This document shows positions 17,854 to 28,068 of a stretch of 64,000 bases of DNA, one piece after another (positions within the stretch are counted from its first letter, which is position 1; every line of letters begins with the position of its first letter). The stretch spans positions 4,480,001 to 4,544,000 of the forward strand of contig OY969474.1 in the NCBI GenBank assembly GCA_963700145.1. Reading direction: 5' to 3'. A program made the position numbers and the translations under genes. Source of the DNA: an uncultured Acidobacteriota bacterium (GTDB taxonomy: Bacteria > Acidobacteriota > Thermoanaerobaculia > Multivoradales > UBA5704). The notes beneath the pieces are model-generated. The model had not been told where the DNA came from. It did not search any database and worked only from the letters and a program-made list of their open reading frames with translations.

Positions 17854-20096
17854 TTCAGAGCATTCACAAGGGGAAGGGCTTTCGCGGTGTCCTCAACTAC
17901 GTCTTCGGCCGCGCGAAGTCGCCGGAGCTCGTGGGCGGCAACATGTACGGCGAGGACCCGCGCGCCCTCGCGCAGGAGTTCGGCGAGTGGCGAGAGCTGC
18001 GGCCTGGATTGACGCGCGCCGTCTTCCATTCCTCTCTCTCCCTGCCGCACGGACCCACCGGGCGCGAAGAGCTGAGCGACGCGCAGTGGCGCGACGTTGC
18101 GGAGCGCTACCTCGAACACCTTGGCTACGGGCGCTCGCCGTTCGTCGTGGTGCGCCATCGCGACACCGAGCACGACCACGTCCATATCGTCGCGGCGCGC
18201 ATCGGCGCCGACGGTCGCGCTGTCTCCGACTCGCACGACTACCGTCGTGGCGAGGAGGTCCTCCGTCAGCTCGAGCGCGAATACGGGCTCACCCAGGTCA
18301 AGTCGGCGCACGAGGTCGAGAAGACTGCGATGCGCCCCGGCGAGATCCGCCAGCTCGAGCGCACGGGCGAGGTAAGCACTCGTCTTCGCCTGCAGGATCT
18401 GCTCGATCGCGCCGCCGCGGATCGGCCTTCGATGACCACCTTCCTCGATCGGCTGCGTGAGGCGGGTGTCGAACCGGCGCCGCGGGTGGCGACGACGGGG
18501 CACGTTTCGGGCATCTCCTACGGCCTCGACGGCACGAGCTTTCGCGGCTCGGCGCTCGGACGCGCCTATTCGTGGCGTGGTGTTCAAGAGCATCTCGGTG
18601 TCGACTACCAACCCGAGCGAGATCTCGGAGCGGTGCGCGCAGCGGCTAGGCCGGACCGCGGCACAAGCCACACGCCGACGCCTTGGTCGCCCGCGAGTCT
18701 CGAGGCGCTTCAGAAGGAGCTGCGGGTGCTTCCGAGCGTTGCGCGTCGCGGTGTCGTCTCGCGGGCCGCGTCGGGCCTGGCTCGAGCGGGAGCCGGTGCG
18801 CTCGACGGACCGGCCGATGCCGTACGCCTTGCGTACGCCCTGCGTTCTCCTCGGTCGGCGGTGCGCCACGTAGCACGCCGCACTCCGGGTCTCGGTGCCG
18901 TGGCGCCGATCCTCGACCTCGCCAACGCGGCGCGTTCGCCCCTCGGACTTCTGCTCTATGGCGCCCGCCTGGCGACAACTGCGGGTCGGCTGGCTCTGCC
19001 GGCGCTCGCGAAGAGCGCGGCTCCGAGTCCGCTGTCGCGCAGCGTTGCTGCGGCCTACGTCCGGGCGGCTGCTACAGGAGCGCCCTCGATGGGACTCTTT
19101 CTCGACCGCCTCGAGGCCGCTGGCGTCCGAGCGCTCCCGCTGCTCGGCCGTGCTGGCGACGTGCGGGCCATCGTCTACCGCTTGGGAGATGAGCTGATCC
19201 CTGGCCAGGAGCTGGGGCCGTCCTTCACCTGGACCGGCCTTCAACGGCGTCTCGGAGTGACCTATGAGCCGACGAGAGACCTTCCTCGAATCCGCGAAGG
19301 CCGCGAACGACCAGGCCCTGAGCCCGGCGCCGGTGCTCGCGACCAACGCCCCCGCGAGGAGCGAGCTGGCCGCGATCCTGGCCGCCGCGGTGGAGACGAA
19401 CCGGAGATTGGAGTCGGTGGAGCGAGCCCTTCGCGAGGCCCTGCCGGCGACGCGCGAACACGCGGCGCCGAAGGCCACTCGGAGCCGCGCGGCGTCGACC
19501 GTGGTGTGGGCGCTCGTGGCGGCCTTGGCCACACTGCTGGGGATCACGCTGCTTCGCCCCGAGTGGGCGCTGCGATCCCATCAGCGGGCCGAGCTGCTTC
19601 TGGGCCAGAGGCTCTACCAGCGACTCCAGCACATGGAGGAGCCGGACCGGCTCGAGGTGCTGAAGTCGCTCTGGGCGGATCTGCCACCGACGAGCGACTA
19701 GCGGCGGCGGCGCTTCGCGAGTCCTTGCGGCGAACGGGGACGCCGCCGTTGGCGAGCTACCACCGCCATCCCGCCTACTCGGCCAGCCTCGATCGGGCTG
19801 ACGCCGCCTGGGCGACCGCGGCCCTCCGGCGTGGGGTCGAGCCGCACGTCGTGCTTCGCGAGGTGGCGGAGCGCGGTGCGCGGGCCGCGGCCTCGAAGGA
19901 TGCCGCGTTGGCGCACGGCACGCGCGTCGTGGCGCGCGCGCTCGCGACGGTGCAGCCGGGTCGTGCCGTCGAGAAGACGGTGTCGATGACCGTCCAGGCG
20001 CTCGCTACCGCGGTCAAGGCCCCGATCGCGGTGGTCAAGGCACTGTTGATTGTCCGCAGCATCGTGCGCGAGCTATCGCAGGAGCGAGGCCGATGA
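17850..20096 (+). CDS. MOBP relaxase
   Basis: GKGFRGVLNY (motif I Tyr), VFHSSLSL (II), HRDTEHDHVHIV (III); GTG start at 17850. Confidence 0.9.
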   Translation: MIQSIHKGKGFRGVLNYVFGRAKSPELVGGNMYGEDPRALAQEFGEWRELRPGLTRAVFHSSLSLPHGPTGREELSDAQWRDVAERYLEHLGYGRSPFVVVRHRDTEHDHVHIVAARIGADGRAVSDSHDYRRGEEVLRQLEREYGLTQVKSAHEVEKTAMRPGEIRQLERTGEVSTRLRLQDLLDRAAADRPSMTTFLDRLREAGVEPAPRVATTGHVSGISYGLDGTSFRGSALGRAYSWRGVQEHLGVDYQPERDLGAVRAAARPDRGTSHTPTPWSPASLEALQKELRVLPSVARRGVVSRAASGLARAGAGALDGPADAVRLAYALRSPRSAVRHVARRTPGLGAVAPILDLANAARSPLGLLLYGARLATTAGRLALPALAKSAAPSPLSRSVAAAYVRAAATGAPSMGLFLDRLEAAGVRALPLLGRAGDVRAIVYRLGDELIPGQELGPSFTWTGLQRRLGVTYEPTRDLPRIREGRERPGPEPGAGARDQRPREERAGRDPGRRGGDEPEIGVGGASPSRGPAGDARTRGAEGHSEPRGVDRGVGARGGLGHTAGDHAASPRVGAAIPSAGRAASGPEALPATPAHGGAGPARGAEVALGGSATDERLAAAALRESLRRTGTPPLASYHRHPAYSASLDRADAAWATAALRRGVEPHVVLREVAERGARAAASKDAALAHGTRVVARALATVQPGRAVEKTVSMTVQALATAVKAPIAVVKALLIVRSIVRELSQERGR
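19264..19701 (+). CDS. Nested overlapping gene inside the relaxase (MobB/MbeB-like, coiled coil + TM helix)
   Basis: GGAG RBS then ATG; helical protein with TM segment VVWALVAALATLLGITLL; the relaxase frame is low-complexity over the same span. Confidence 0.6.
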   Translation: MSRRETFLESAKAANDQALSPAPVLATNAPARSELAAILAAAVETNRRLESVERALREALPATREHAAPKATRSRAASTVVWALVAALATLLGITLLRPEWALRSHQRAELLLGQRLYQRLQHMEEPDRLEVLKSLWADLPPTSD

Positions 20097-20620
20097 TTCG
20101 ATTCAAGACGACGGCGCCTCTCGTGGCGGTCGGTCTCTTCCTGGTGATCTATCTGGTTCCGCAGGCCACGGGCCTCCGGATCAACACGTCGACGAGCATG
20201 CCGCGGGGCCTGTACCGGTCGGTCGTCGGTGCCGTTCGACGAGACGCCGTGGCGGCCGTTTGCCTGCCGCCGGCGATCGCGAGGTTTGGAATGGAGCGGC
20301 ACTATCTCGGCGCGGGCTCGTGCCCCGACGGCTCGGAGCCTGTCGTCAAGGTTCTCGCCGCCGTGGAGGGCGATCGCATCGAAGTCACGGCGAGCGCGGT
20401 CTTGGTCAACGGCGTCCGGTTGCCTCACAGCCGGTCCCTCGACCGCGACCGAGGTGGGCGGGAGTTGCTGCCCTTCGCAGCGGGCGAGCATCGGCTGGAG
20501 CCAGGCGAGGTCTGGCTCTACTCGCCCTACGAGGAGCGGAGCTGGGACAGCCGGTACTTCGGGCCGGTTCGGATCGAGAACGTCACCACGATCGTCGAGC
20601 CGTTAGTGACGTTCCGATGA
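20093..20620 (+). CDS. traF: Conjugative transfer signal peptidase TraF (S26)
   Basis: RINTSTSMPRGLY, VVKVLAAVEGD, SWDSRYFGP. Confidence 0.92.
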   Translation: MIRFKTTAPLVAVGLFLVIYLVPQATGLRINTSTSMPRGLYRSVVGAVRRDAVAAVCLPPAIARFGMERHYLGAGSCPDGSEPVVKVLAAVEGDRIEVTASAVLVNGVRLPHSRSLDRDRGGRELLPFAAGEHRLEPGEVWLYSPYEERSWDSRYFGPVRIENVTTIVEPLVTFR

Positions 20621-22710
20621 GCGCCCAGCCTTCCTACAGGCTCACGCCAGGCGGCGGGCTCACGGCCAAGGGCGTCGTCGCCCGGGGTCTCGCGGCGGTT
20701 GTCGGCGTCGCCACACTGACGGCCTGGGCGCTCACGCAGCACGCGGCGCTCCGGCTGGGGTTCCACGCCGCGCTTGGCCGTCCGTGGATCCCTGCGCTCG
20801 ACGGCCAAGAGGCGATGCTGAACATCGCCGCGTGGGCGCTCTGGGGAGCGGCGCTGCTCCTCCTCGCCCCGAAGCGCACGCGCTTGCTCGCACCGATCGC
20901 CGCGGTGCTCGGCGCGGGCGCCTTCGCCTGGTCGCTCGGACCGCTCTTCACGCCGTTCCATCTCTTCGTATGGGCACAGCGACTGAGCTCGACCGCAGCG
21001 GCGCACGAGTTCTGGCGATCGGCCTTCCTGGCGCTGGGCCTGACGACAGCAGCTTGCGCTGTCGTCGCAGCCATCGTCGTCACAGTGGCCATCAAGCGCC
21101 TCGATCCGCAGTCCGACCTCCACGGCTCCGCCCGGTGGGCCACGGAACGAGAGGCCAGAAACGCGGGGCTCTTCGCCGAGAACGGCCTCATCCTGGGGCA
21201 GTGGCCCGGTAGGAAGGGCCGGACACTTCGGCACGATGGACCGGAGCACGTCTTCGTCTTCGCTCCCACGCGGAGCGGCAAGGGCGTATCCCTCGTCGTA
21301 CCAAACCTGCTCACCTGGCCGCACTCGGTGCTCGTCCACGACATGAAAGGAGAGAACTGGGTGCTGTCGGCGGGCTGGCGGAGCCGCGAGCTCGGCAGCC
21401 TCTGTCTCAAGTTCGATCCCACTTGCTCGGACGGCTCGGGCGCGCGGTACAACCCGTTGCTCGAGATCCGGATGGGCGATCAGGAAGTGCGCGATGCGCA
21501 GAACGTCGCCGACATCCTCGTCGATCCGAACGGCGACCGCATTCGCGACCACTGGGACCGCACCGCGCATTCGCTCCTGGTCGGGCTCATCCTGCACGTT
21601 CTCTACGCGGAGAAGGAGAAGACGCTTGCCGGGTGCGCGCACTTCCTGGCGCGCCCCGACCGCCCGATCGACCTGAGCCTCGAGGTGCTGCTCGCCACCG
21701 AGCATGCGCCACCGGGGCACCCCGGTTGGCTCGATCCGATCACCGGCGAGTCGCTGCGGACGCACCCGACGGTCGCTGCCGCGGCGCGAGCGCTGATGGA
21801 CAAATCGCCGAACGAGCGCTCGGGTGTCCTGTCGACAGCCCTCAGCTTCCTCGATCTCTACCGCGATCCGATCCTGGCGCAGAACACCGCGGTCTCGGAC
21901 TTCGCGCTCGAGGACCTGGTGAGCCACGAGCGGCCAGTCAGCCTCTACCTCACGGTCCCGCCGTCCGATCTCAGCCGTACCCGGCCGCTCGTTCGTCTGC
22001 TGCTGAATCAGGCGTGTCGGCGACTGACGGAGCGCATGGACTTCTCGGAGGGTCGCGGCAGGGGAGCGGGCAAGCACCCACTCCTCCTGATGCTCGACGA
22101 GTTCCCCGCGCTCGGCAAGCTCCAGTTCTTCCAGGAGTCGCTGGCCTACCTCGCCGGCTACGACATCCGGGCAATGCTCATCACGCAGGATCTCTCGCAG
22201 CACCAGGGCGTCTACGGCAAGCAGGAGTCGATCACGGCGAACTGCCACGTCCGGATCGCCTTCGCCGCCAACAAGCCGGAGACCGCCGAGATGCTCTCCC
22301 AGATGGCAGGCGACACCACGGTGTCGCACAAGCAGGTCTCCTACCGCGGCGGGAGCCTGATGATGGGCGACAGGAACACCACACAGCAGGAGATTCGTCG
22401 TCGGCTTCTCACTCCGGACGAGGCGATGCGACTCGATCCGGACCACGAGGTCGTGTTCGTGGCCGGGCAACAGCCGATGTACGCGGGTAAGTCGCGCTAC
22501 TTCCAGGATCGCGAGCTGTCGAGGAGAGCCAACCTGGCGGCTCCGGCGTCATCAGGTCGGACCGGTCGCTGCGCCACGGCCTGGGGAGCCCTGCCACCCG
22601 CTTCGTCCGCCGTGCCGCCCACGGCCAGCCACGCTGGCGAGCTCAGTGCCCTGGCCTCGGCGCTCGACCGGGAACGAGCTCCCGAAGACGCGGTCGACCG
22701 CCAGGCCTGA
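20617..22710 (+). CDS. traG: Type IV coupling protein TraG/VirD4
   Basis: N-terminal TMs, HGSARWA, APTRSGKGV, HDMKGENW, LMLDEFPALG. Confidence 0.95.
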   Translation: MSAQPSYRLTPGGGLTAKGVVARGLAAVVGVATLTAWALTQHAALRLGFHAALGRPWIPALDGQEAMLNIAAWALWGAALLLLAPKRTRLLAPIAAVLGAGAFAWSLGPLFTPFHLFVWAQRLSSTAAAHEFWRSAFLALGLTTAACAVVAAIVVTVAIKRLDPQSDLHGSARWATEREARNAGLFAENGLILGQWPGRKGRTLRHDGPEHVFVFAPTRSGKGVSLVVPNLLTWPHSVLVHDMKGENWVLSAGWRSRELGSLCLKFDPTCSDGSGARYNPLLEIRMGDQEVRDAQNVADILVDPNGDRIRDHWDRTAHSLLVGLILHVLYAEKEKTLAGCAHFLARPDRPIDLSLEVLLATEHAPPGHPGWLDPITGESLRTHPTVAAAARALMDKSPNERSGVLSTALSFLDLYRDPILAQNTAVSDFALEDLVSHERPVSLYLTVPPSDLSRTRPLVRLLLNQACRRLTERMDFSEGRGRGAGKHPLLLMLDEFPALGKLQFFQESLAYLAGYDIRAMLITQDLSQHQGVYGKQESITANCHVRIAFAANKPETAEMLSQMAGDTTVSHKQVSYRGGSLMMGDRNTTQQEIRRRLLTPDEAMRLDPDHEVVFVAGQQPMYAGKSRYFQDRELSRRANLAAPASSGRTGRCATAWGALPPASSAVPPTASHAGELSALASALDRERAPEDAVDRQA

Positions 22711-22740
22711 GCGGGGTGCAGCTTCGTCCGAGCGCTGTTC

Positions 22741-22779
22741 TCAACAACTGTTGACATACTCTCAACGCTTGTGTAGTGT
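22741..22779 (+). promoter_or_regulatory. sigma70 promoter of the trb operon with overlapping palindromic operator
   Basis: TTGACA (22751)-17 bp-TAGTGT (22774); TCAACA-AC-TGTTGA palindrome overlaps the -35. Confidence 0.65.
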
Positions 22780-23780
22780 CCCCCGCCATGCGGCCGGCAC
22801 CACACGACGAGCAGCGGCAGCGCTGGACTGAAGGCCTGATCCGCGAGCTGGGAGAAACCATCGTCGGCGCCCTCGGCAACGACGACGTGGTGGAGATTCT
22901 CCTCAACCCGGACGGTCGGATCTGGCTCGACTCGCGGACCGAGGGGATGTACGACAGCGGCTACCGCCTTCTCCCGCAGGAGGGTGAGGCGATCCTCGCC
23001 TCGATCGCCGGAATGCTCGGCACGCAGATCGACTCCGAGCACCCGATCATCGAGGCCGAGCTGCCGCTCGACGGGAGCCGCATCGAGGGGATGGTCCCAC
23101 CGCTAGTGGCGAACCCCAGCTTCGCGATCCGCAAGCGCGCCACCCGGGTGTTCCCGCTCTCGCACTACATCGAGTCCGGCTCGATGACGGTGACGCAGGC
23201 CGAGTTGCTCCGGGCAGCGATCGCCGAGCGGCGGAACATCCTGGTGTCCGGCGGTACCGGCTCCGGCAAGACGACGCTGGTCAACGCGATTCTCGACGAA
23301 ATGGTCCGGCTCGGCGAGCCGAGCGAGCGCTTCATCCTGCTCGAGGACACGGTGGAGCTTCAGTGCACGGCCGAGAACCACACGGCGCTCCGCACCACGC
23401 GCCACGTCGACCTCGCCACCCTGGTCAAGGCAACGATGCGCCTCAATCCGGACCGGATCATCATCGGCGAGGTTCGGGGCCGCGAGGCCCTCGACCTGCT
23501 CAAGGCCTGGAACACCGGGCATCCCGGCGGTTGCACCACCGTCCACGCCAACAACGCGGTCGCCGCTCTCCAGCGTCTCGACCAGCTCGCGCAAGAAGCG
23601 GGTGTTCCGACCCAGCGAGCGCTCATCGCCGACACCGTCGGCCTCGTCGTTCACATCGAGGGAGGGAGCCGCGGGCGTCGCGTCTCCGAGCTCGTCCGCG
23701 TCGCCGGCCTCGCCGGCGACGGCAGCTATCAACTCGAGCCCACCGCGGCTCGGACTACCGAGGAGGAGTTACAGCCATGA
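22776..23780 (+). CDS. trbB: P-type conjugative ATPase TrbB (VirB11)
   Basis: [41 protein letters not shown]. Confidence 0.95.
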   Translation: MSPAMRPAPHDEQRQRWTEGLIRELGETIVGALGNDDVVEILLNPDGRIWLDSRTEGMYDSGYRLLPQEGEAILASIAGMLGTQIDSEHPIIEAELPLDGSRIEGMVPPLVANPSFAIRKRATRVFPLSHYIESGSMTVTQAELLRAAIAERRNILVSGGTGSGKTTLVNAILDEMVRLGEPSERFILLEDTVELQCTAENHTALRTTRHVDLATLVKATMRLNPDRIIIGEVRGREALDLLKAWNTGHPGGCTTVHANNAVAALQRLDQLAQEAGVPTQRALIADTVGLVVHIEGGSRGRRVSELVRVAGLAGDGSYQLEPTAARTTEEELQP

Positions 23781-24097
23781 AGCAATGGAGGGAGAAGGGA
23801 ATGAAGCTCGGGGCGCTCGTGGGCCTCTGGATGGTCACCTCGCCGGCCGCGTTCGCGACGACCGGCGGCACCTCGATGCCGTGGGACGAGCCGCTCATCC
23901 GCATCCAGGAGAACCTCACCGGGCCCGTGGCGAGCGCGATCATCATCATCGCCGTTGCGCTGGCCGGCGTGATGTGGGCGCTCTCCGATCACGGCACCGG
24001 CATGCGCCGCGTCTCGCAGGTCATCTTCGGCGCCGGGGTCGCCCTGGGTGCGGTGAGCTTCGTCACGGCGCTCGGATTCTCCGGGGCGGTGCTGTGA
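23777..24097 (+). CDS. trbC: Pilin TrbC (VirB2)
   Basis: Signal peptide, GGTSMPWDEPL..I...LTGPVA, two hydrophobic segments. Confidence 0.9.
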   Translation: MKQWREKGMKLGALVGLWMVTSPAAFATTGGTSMPWDEPLIRIQENLTGPVASAIIIIAVALAGVMWALSDHGTGMRRVSQVIFGAGVALGAVSFVTALGFSGAVL

Positions 24098-24423
24098 AGA
24101 GACGGTCTCTCCGCACCGTACCGTTCCACAGCTCGCTCACGAGGCCGATTCTCTTGGGCGGGGCCGAACGCGATCTCGTGATCATCGAGGTGAGCCTGAT
24201 CGCCGCGCTGCTCTTTGGCGTTGGCTTTCGCTTCGCGAGCCTGACCCTGGCCCTGCTGCTCGGCACCGTGGGACACCGGCTCCTCGTCTGGATCGGCCGC
24301 CAGGACCCGCAAGCTACGCGTGTCTTCGCGCGGCACCGGCTTTACCAGCCGTTCTACCCGGCAGCGGCGGCGGTCGGCGCCCCGCTGCCGCGGGTCCCGG
24401 CCTTCCGGGGGGACACGCGGTGA
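24094..24423 (+). CDS. trbD: TrbD (VirB3)
   Basis: PFHSSLTRPILLGGAERDL, two TMs, DPQ...YQPFYPA. Confidence 0.9.
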   Translation: MKRRSLRTVPFHSSLTRPILLGGAERDLVIIEVSLIAALLFGVGFRFASLTLALLLGTVGHRLLVWIGRQDPQATRVFARHRLYQPFYPAAAAVGAPLPRVPAFRGDTR

Positions 24424-26870
24424 TCCTGCGCGAGCATCGACCCAAGCCGCAGGGCCTTGCCGACTTGCTGAACTGGGCCGCGCTGGTCGGGGAGGGAATC
24501 GCCGTCAACAAGGACGGCTCGTTCCTCGCGGGCTGGAGCTACACCGGCCCCGATCTCGACGCGGCAACTGCGGAGGAGCTGGCGCTCCTCTCGCAGCACT
24601 TCAACCAGGCTCTCCTGCCGCTCGGCGACGAGTGGCTGCTCAACGCCGACGCCATCCGGCGACCGAGCCGGGACTACCCACCGCCGGGCCCGTTTCCGGA
24701 TCCAACTTCGGGGCTGCTCGATGACGAGCGCCGCGAGCAGTATGAGTCGGGCCGGCGCAACTACGAGACGACCTACACGCTGTGCGTCTCGTGGTTGCCA
24801 CCCGACGAGCTCCAGTCGAGCCTCGCGCGGTGGTTCATCAGCGGCGAGGACCGCAAGGGACCGGATTGGCGGGCGCAGGTCGAGACCTTCGTCGACCGGC
24901 TCGAGGACATCGAAGACCGACTCTCGGCCTCGCTCGCGCTCACCCGCCTGAGCTCCGAGGCGTTGCTCACCCATCTCCACACCTGTCTCACCGGGCTCTA
25001 CCACCGCGTGGCGGTACCGGATACGCCTTGCTACCTCGACGTGCTGCTCGCCTCCCAAGACCTCTACGGCGGCTTCAGCCCGCGGGTCGGCGACAAGCAC
25101 CTGAGGGCGATCTCGATCACTGGCTTCCCCCACGAATCGCATCCGGCGATGTTCGACTTCCTTCACCGCATCCCGATGGAGTACCGCCTCTCGCATCGCT
25201 TCCTGCCACTCGATCCCGAGTCCGCCGCGAAGCACATTCGGCTCTACCGGAGGAACTGGTGGCAGAAGCGCAAGGGCCTCGGGGGGCTGATCAAGGAGGC
25301 GATCACGACCGAGGAGAAGGCGGCTGAACCGAAGTTCGTGAACCGCGACGCCGTGCGCATGGCAGAGGACGCTGACGAGGCGCTCGCCGAATGCCTCGGC
25401 GGCGCGGTTCGCTACGGCTTCTACACGACCTCGGTGGTGCTGATGGCGGAGGACGAGGAGGCCGTCGAGGCTTCGGCGCGGCAGGCCCTGAAGGAGATCC
25501 ACAACCGTGGCTTCGCGTCCCGGATCGAACGGGTGAACGCCTTGGAGGCCTTCCGATCGAGCCTGCCTTCCCACGCCCACCCGAACGTGCGCCGGCCGCT
25601 CATCAGCACCCTCAACCTGGCTGACCTCATGCCCACGACGAGTGTCTGGCCCGGGCTGCCGATCAATCCCTGCCAGTACTACCCGACAGGGAGTCCAGCG
25701 TTGCTCTGGGCGGCGACCAGCGGCTCGACCCCGTTCCGCCTCAACCTGCACGTCTCGGACGTCGGCCACACCCTCGTCCTCGGGCCGACGGGAGCGGGGA
25801 AGAGCACGCTGCTGGGGCTCATCCAGGCCCAGTTCTTCCGCTACCCGGACGCCCAGGTCTTCACCTTCGACAAGGGCTACTCGTCCTTCCCACTCGTCGC
25901 CGCGTGCGGTGGCCACCACTACGACATCGCCGCCGAGTCGCTCGACTCGCTCGCGTTCTACCCGCTGGCCAGCATCGATCGGCCGACCGAGCGCGCCTGG
26001 GCGGCGGAGTGGATCGAGACGCTCATGGCACTCCAGGGGGTGGTCATCACGCCGGCACACCGCGGCGCCATCGATCACGCCCTCGGGCTCTTGGCTGCCT
26101 CGCCGTCACGCACGCTGACCGACCTCCAGGTGAAGCTCCAGGATCCGAACCTGCGCCAGGCGCTCCGGCCCTACACCCTCAAGGGCAACTTCGGGGCACT
26201 GCTCGACGCGCAGAGCGACGGGCTCCGCGACGGCCGCTTCCAGGTCTTCGAGATGGCGCACTTGATGGAGCTCGGGGATCGGATCGTCATCCCGGCGCTC
26301 CTCTATCTGTTCCACCGCATCGAGCAGCGGCTCGACGGCCGGCCGACGCTGATCATTCTCGAAGAGGCGTGGACCTACCTCCTCCACGAGCTGTTCGCCG
26401 AGCGTATCCAGCTCTGGCTGAAAGAACTGCGCAAGTACAACGCGGCGGTCGTCTTCGTCACACAGAGCCTGGCGGACATTCACTCCTCGCCGAAGCGCCA
26501 CGTCATCTACGAGAGCTGCCCGACAAAGATCCTCCTGCCCAACAGCGAGGCGGCATCGGACCAGGGCGCCGCGATCTACCGTGCGATCGGGCTCAACGAG
26601 CGCGAGATCGAGATCGTCGCGCAAAGCGTCAAGAAGCGCGACTACTACTACACCTCGCCGCTCGGCAACCGGCTCATGGACCTCACGCTCGGCCCGCTGG
26701 CCCTGGCCTTCGTTGGTGCCACCGGCCGCGAGGACCTGCGGGCAATTCACGAGCTGCGCACCACCTACGGGCCGGATTGGCCCCGGGCCTGGCTGAGGCA
26801 AAGGGGTCTCGACCGCTGGGCCGACCAGCTCACCGACCGCAACGAAAGGAGCGTCGCATGCGCCGGATGA
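24420..26870 (+). CDS. trbE: TrbE (VirB4) ATPase
   Basis: LADLLNWAAL...NKDGSF, DVGHTLVLGPTGAGKS, FDKGYS, LEEAW, ESCPTKILLPN. Confidence 0.95.
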   Translation: MILREHRPKPQGLADLLNWAALVGEGIAVNKDGSFLAGWSYTGPDLDAATAEELALLSQHFNQALLPLGDEWLLNADAIRRPSRDYPPPGPFPDPTSGLLDDERREQYESGRRNYETTYTLCVSWLPPDELQSSLARWFISGEDRKGPDWRAQVETFVDRLEDIEDRLSASLALTRLSSEALLTHLHTCLTGLYHRVAVPDTPCYLDVLLASQDLYGGFSPRVGDKHLRAISITGFPHESHPAMFDFLHRIPMEYRLSHRFLPLDPESAAKHIRLYRRNWWQKRKGLGGLIKEAITTEEKAAEPKFVNRDAVRMAEDADEALAECLGGAVRYGFYTTSVVLMAEDEEAVEASARQALKEIHNRGFASRIERVNALEAFRSSLPSHAHPNVRRPLISTLNLADLMPTTSVWPGLPINPCQYYPTGSPALLWAATSGSTPFRLNLHVSDVGHTLVLGPTGAGKSTLLGLIQAQFFRYPDAQVFTFDKGYSSFPLVAACGGHHYDIAAESLDSLAFYPLASIDRPTERAWAAEWIETLMALQGVVITPAHRGAIDHALGLLAASPSRTLTDLQVKLQDPNLRQALRPYTLKGNFGALLDAQSDGLRDGRFQVFEMAHLMELGDRIVIPALLYLFHRIEQRLDGRPTLIILEEAWTYLLHELFAERIQLWLKELRKYNAAVVFVTQSLADIHSSPKRHVIYESCPTKILLPNSEAASDQGAAIYRAIGLNEREIEIVAQSVKKRDYYYTSPLGNRLMDLTLGPLALAFVGATGREDLRAIHELRTTYGPDWPRAWLRQRGLDRWADQLTDRNERSVACAG

Positions 26871-27664
26871 AGCACGTCATCGCCTGCTTTCTCCTGCTGC
26901 TGCTCTGCCAGGTCGCCGTGCCGCCGCGAGCGCAGGGACAGGTGCTGGTGGAGGACTTCCTCAACTGGGTCGAAAACGCCCTGCAGGTCATCCAGCAGGC
27001 TTACGAGATCTACCAGAAGTACATGCAGCTCTACAACGACTACCAGCGCTACGCGACGATGGTCAAGAACCTCGAGCAGTTCGACGAGCTGACGTTTCAG
27101 AACCTCATCGGCCTGACGTACGCGGTCAACGACATCATCCAGTACGGGGAGTCGCTCGGCCATACCCTCTACGACTTCGACGCCCAGTTTGCCGAGACCT
27201 TCCCCGGTTACGAGCCGATCCTCGAGGAGGACTGGCTCGCGACCTTCGAGTACCGCAATCGCCGCACGCTCGACACCATGCGCTACTCGCTCGGCGCGCT
27301 CCACCGGATCGCCGAGAACAGCGTCGAATCCCAAGAGATCCTGGAGCGCCTCGCCAGCGACGCAGCTTCCGCCGACGGCAACCTCGAGGCCCTCCAGTCG
27401 GCCAACGAGCTCCTGCATCACCAGGGCAGCGAGCTCGCCAAGATCAGTCAACAACTCTCCGTTCAGACCAACGCGCAGGCGGTCTTCTGGGCGTACCAGG
27501 TAGACCGCGAGGCCTCCGATCGCGCGACGACGAGCGAGTGGATCGCCAACGGTGTCGGCGAGATCCCACCCTACGACAGCGCGGGTGGTTCTCGCGGCGT
27601 GCCCTATGACTGGCCATGGGCGTGCCTCGGTTGCGCTCGCAGAGAGGCGGGAGGTTCACGATGA
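26858..27664 (+). CDS. trbJ: TrbJ (VirB5)-like protein
   Basis: Signal peptide, helical Gln-rich body, ADGNLEALQSANEL; synteny. Confidence 0.8.
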   Translation: MRRMKHVIACFLLLLLCQVAVPPRAQGQVLVEDFLNWVENALQVIQQAYEIYQKYMQLYNDYQRYATMVKNLEQFDELTFQNLIGLTYAVNDIIQYGESLGHTLYDFDAQFAETFPGYEPILEEDWLATFEYRNRRTLDTMRYSLGALHRIAENSVESQEILERLASDAASADGNLEALQSANELLHHQGSELAKISQQLSVQTNAQAVFWAYQVDREASDRATTSEWIANGVGEIPPYDSAGGSRGVPYDWPWACLGCARREAGGSR

Positions 27665-28062
27665 GCGCTCCGTTCCATCGCGTCCTGTCCGCGCTCGTCC
27701 TGGTGGCCGGCCTCCTCGTCGGCTGCGGTCAACCCAGCGCCGAGGAGCTCGCCAACGGCGACGATCCGCTCACCGCCTTGCGCTCGCCGGTGCGATCGGC
27801 GCGCTATGACGGCGCGTTCTGGAACCGCGAGGCGGTCCAGTCGACCGAGCTGTGGCGGGACGCCGTCGCCTACTGTCGGACGCCCGGCAACTCGACTGCC
27901 CCGAACTGCCAGACGGTCGGACTGGTGCTTTCGACGATCGAGCTCGAGAAGGCCGCTCGCGAGGCCAAGCGGCAGCTCGAGGCGCTCATGGAGCAAAGCA
28001 GGCGCTTGGGGCCGCGACGTTCAACGCGTCCCCCTGGCGCCTTTGGGTCCGGCCGGAACTGA
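27661..28062 (+). CDS. Lipoprotein, probable entry exclusion (TrbK position)
   Basis: Lipobox LLVGC; lies between trbJ and trbL. Confidence 0.6.
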   Translation: MSAPFHRVLSALVLVAGLLVGCGQPSAEELANGDDPLTALRSPVRSARYDGAFWNREAVQSTELWRDAVAYCRTPGNSTAPNCQTVGLVLSTIELEKAAREAKRQLEALMEQSRRLGPRRSTRPPGAFGSGRN

Positions 28063-28068
28063 CCCGTC

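Noticed and set aside
17808-26078. Long antisense ORFs (579, 647 and 574 aa) and similar ones elsewhere
   Set aside because: Shadow frames of high-GC genes with no recognisable motifs.
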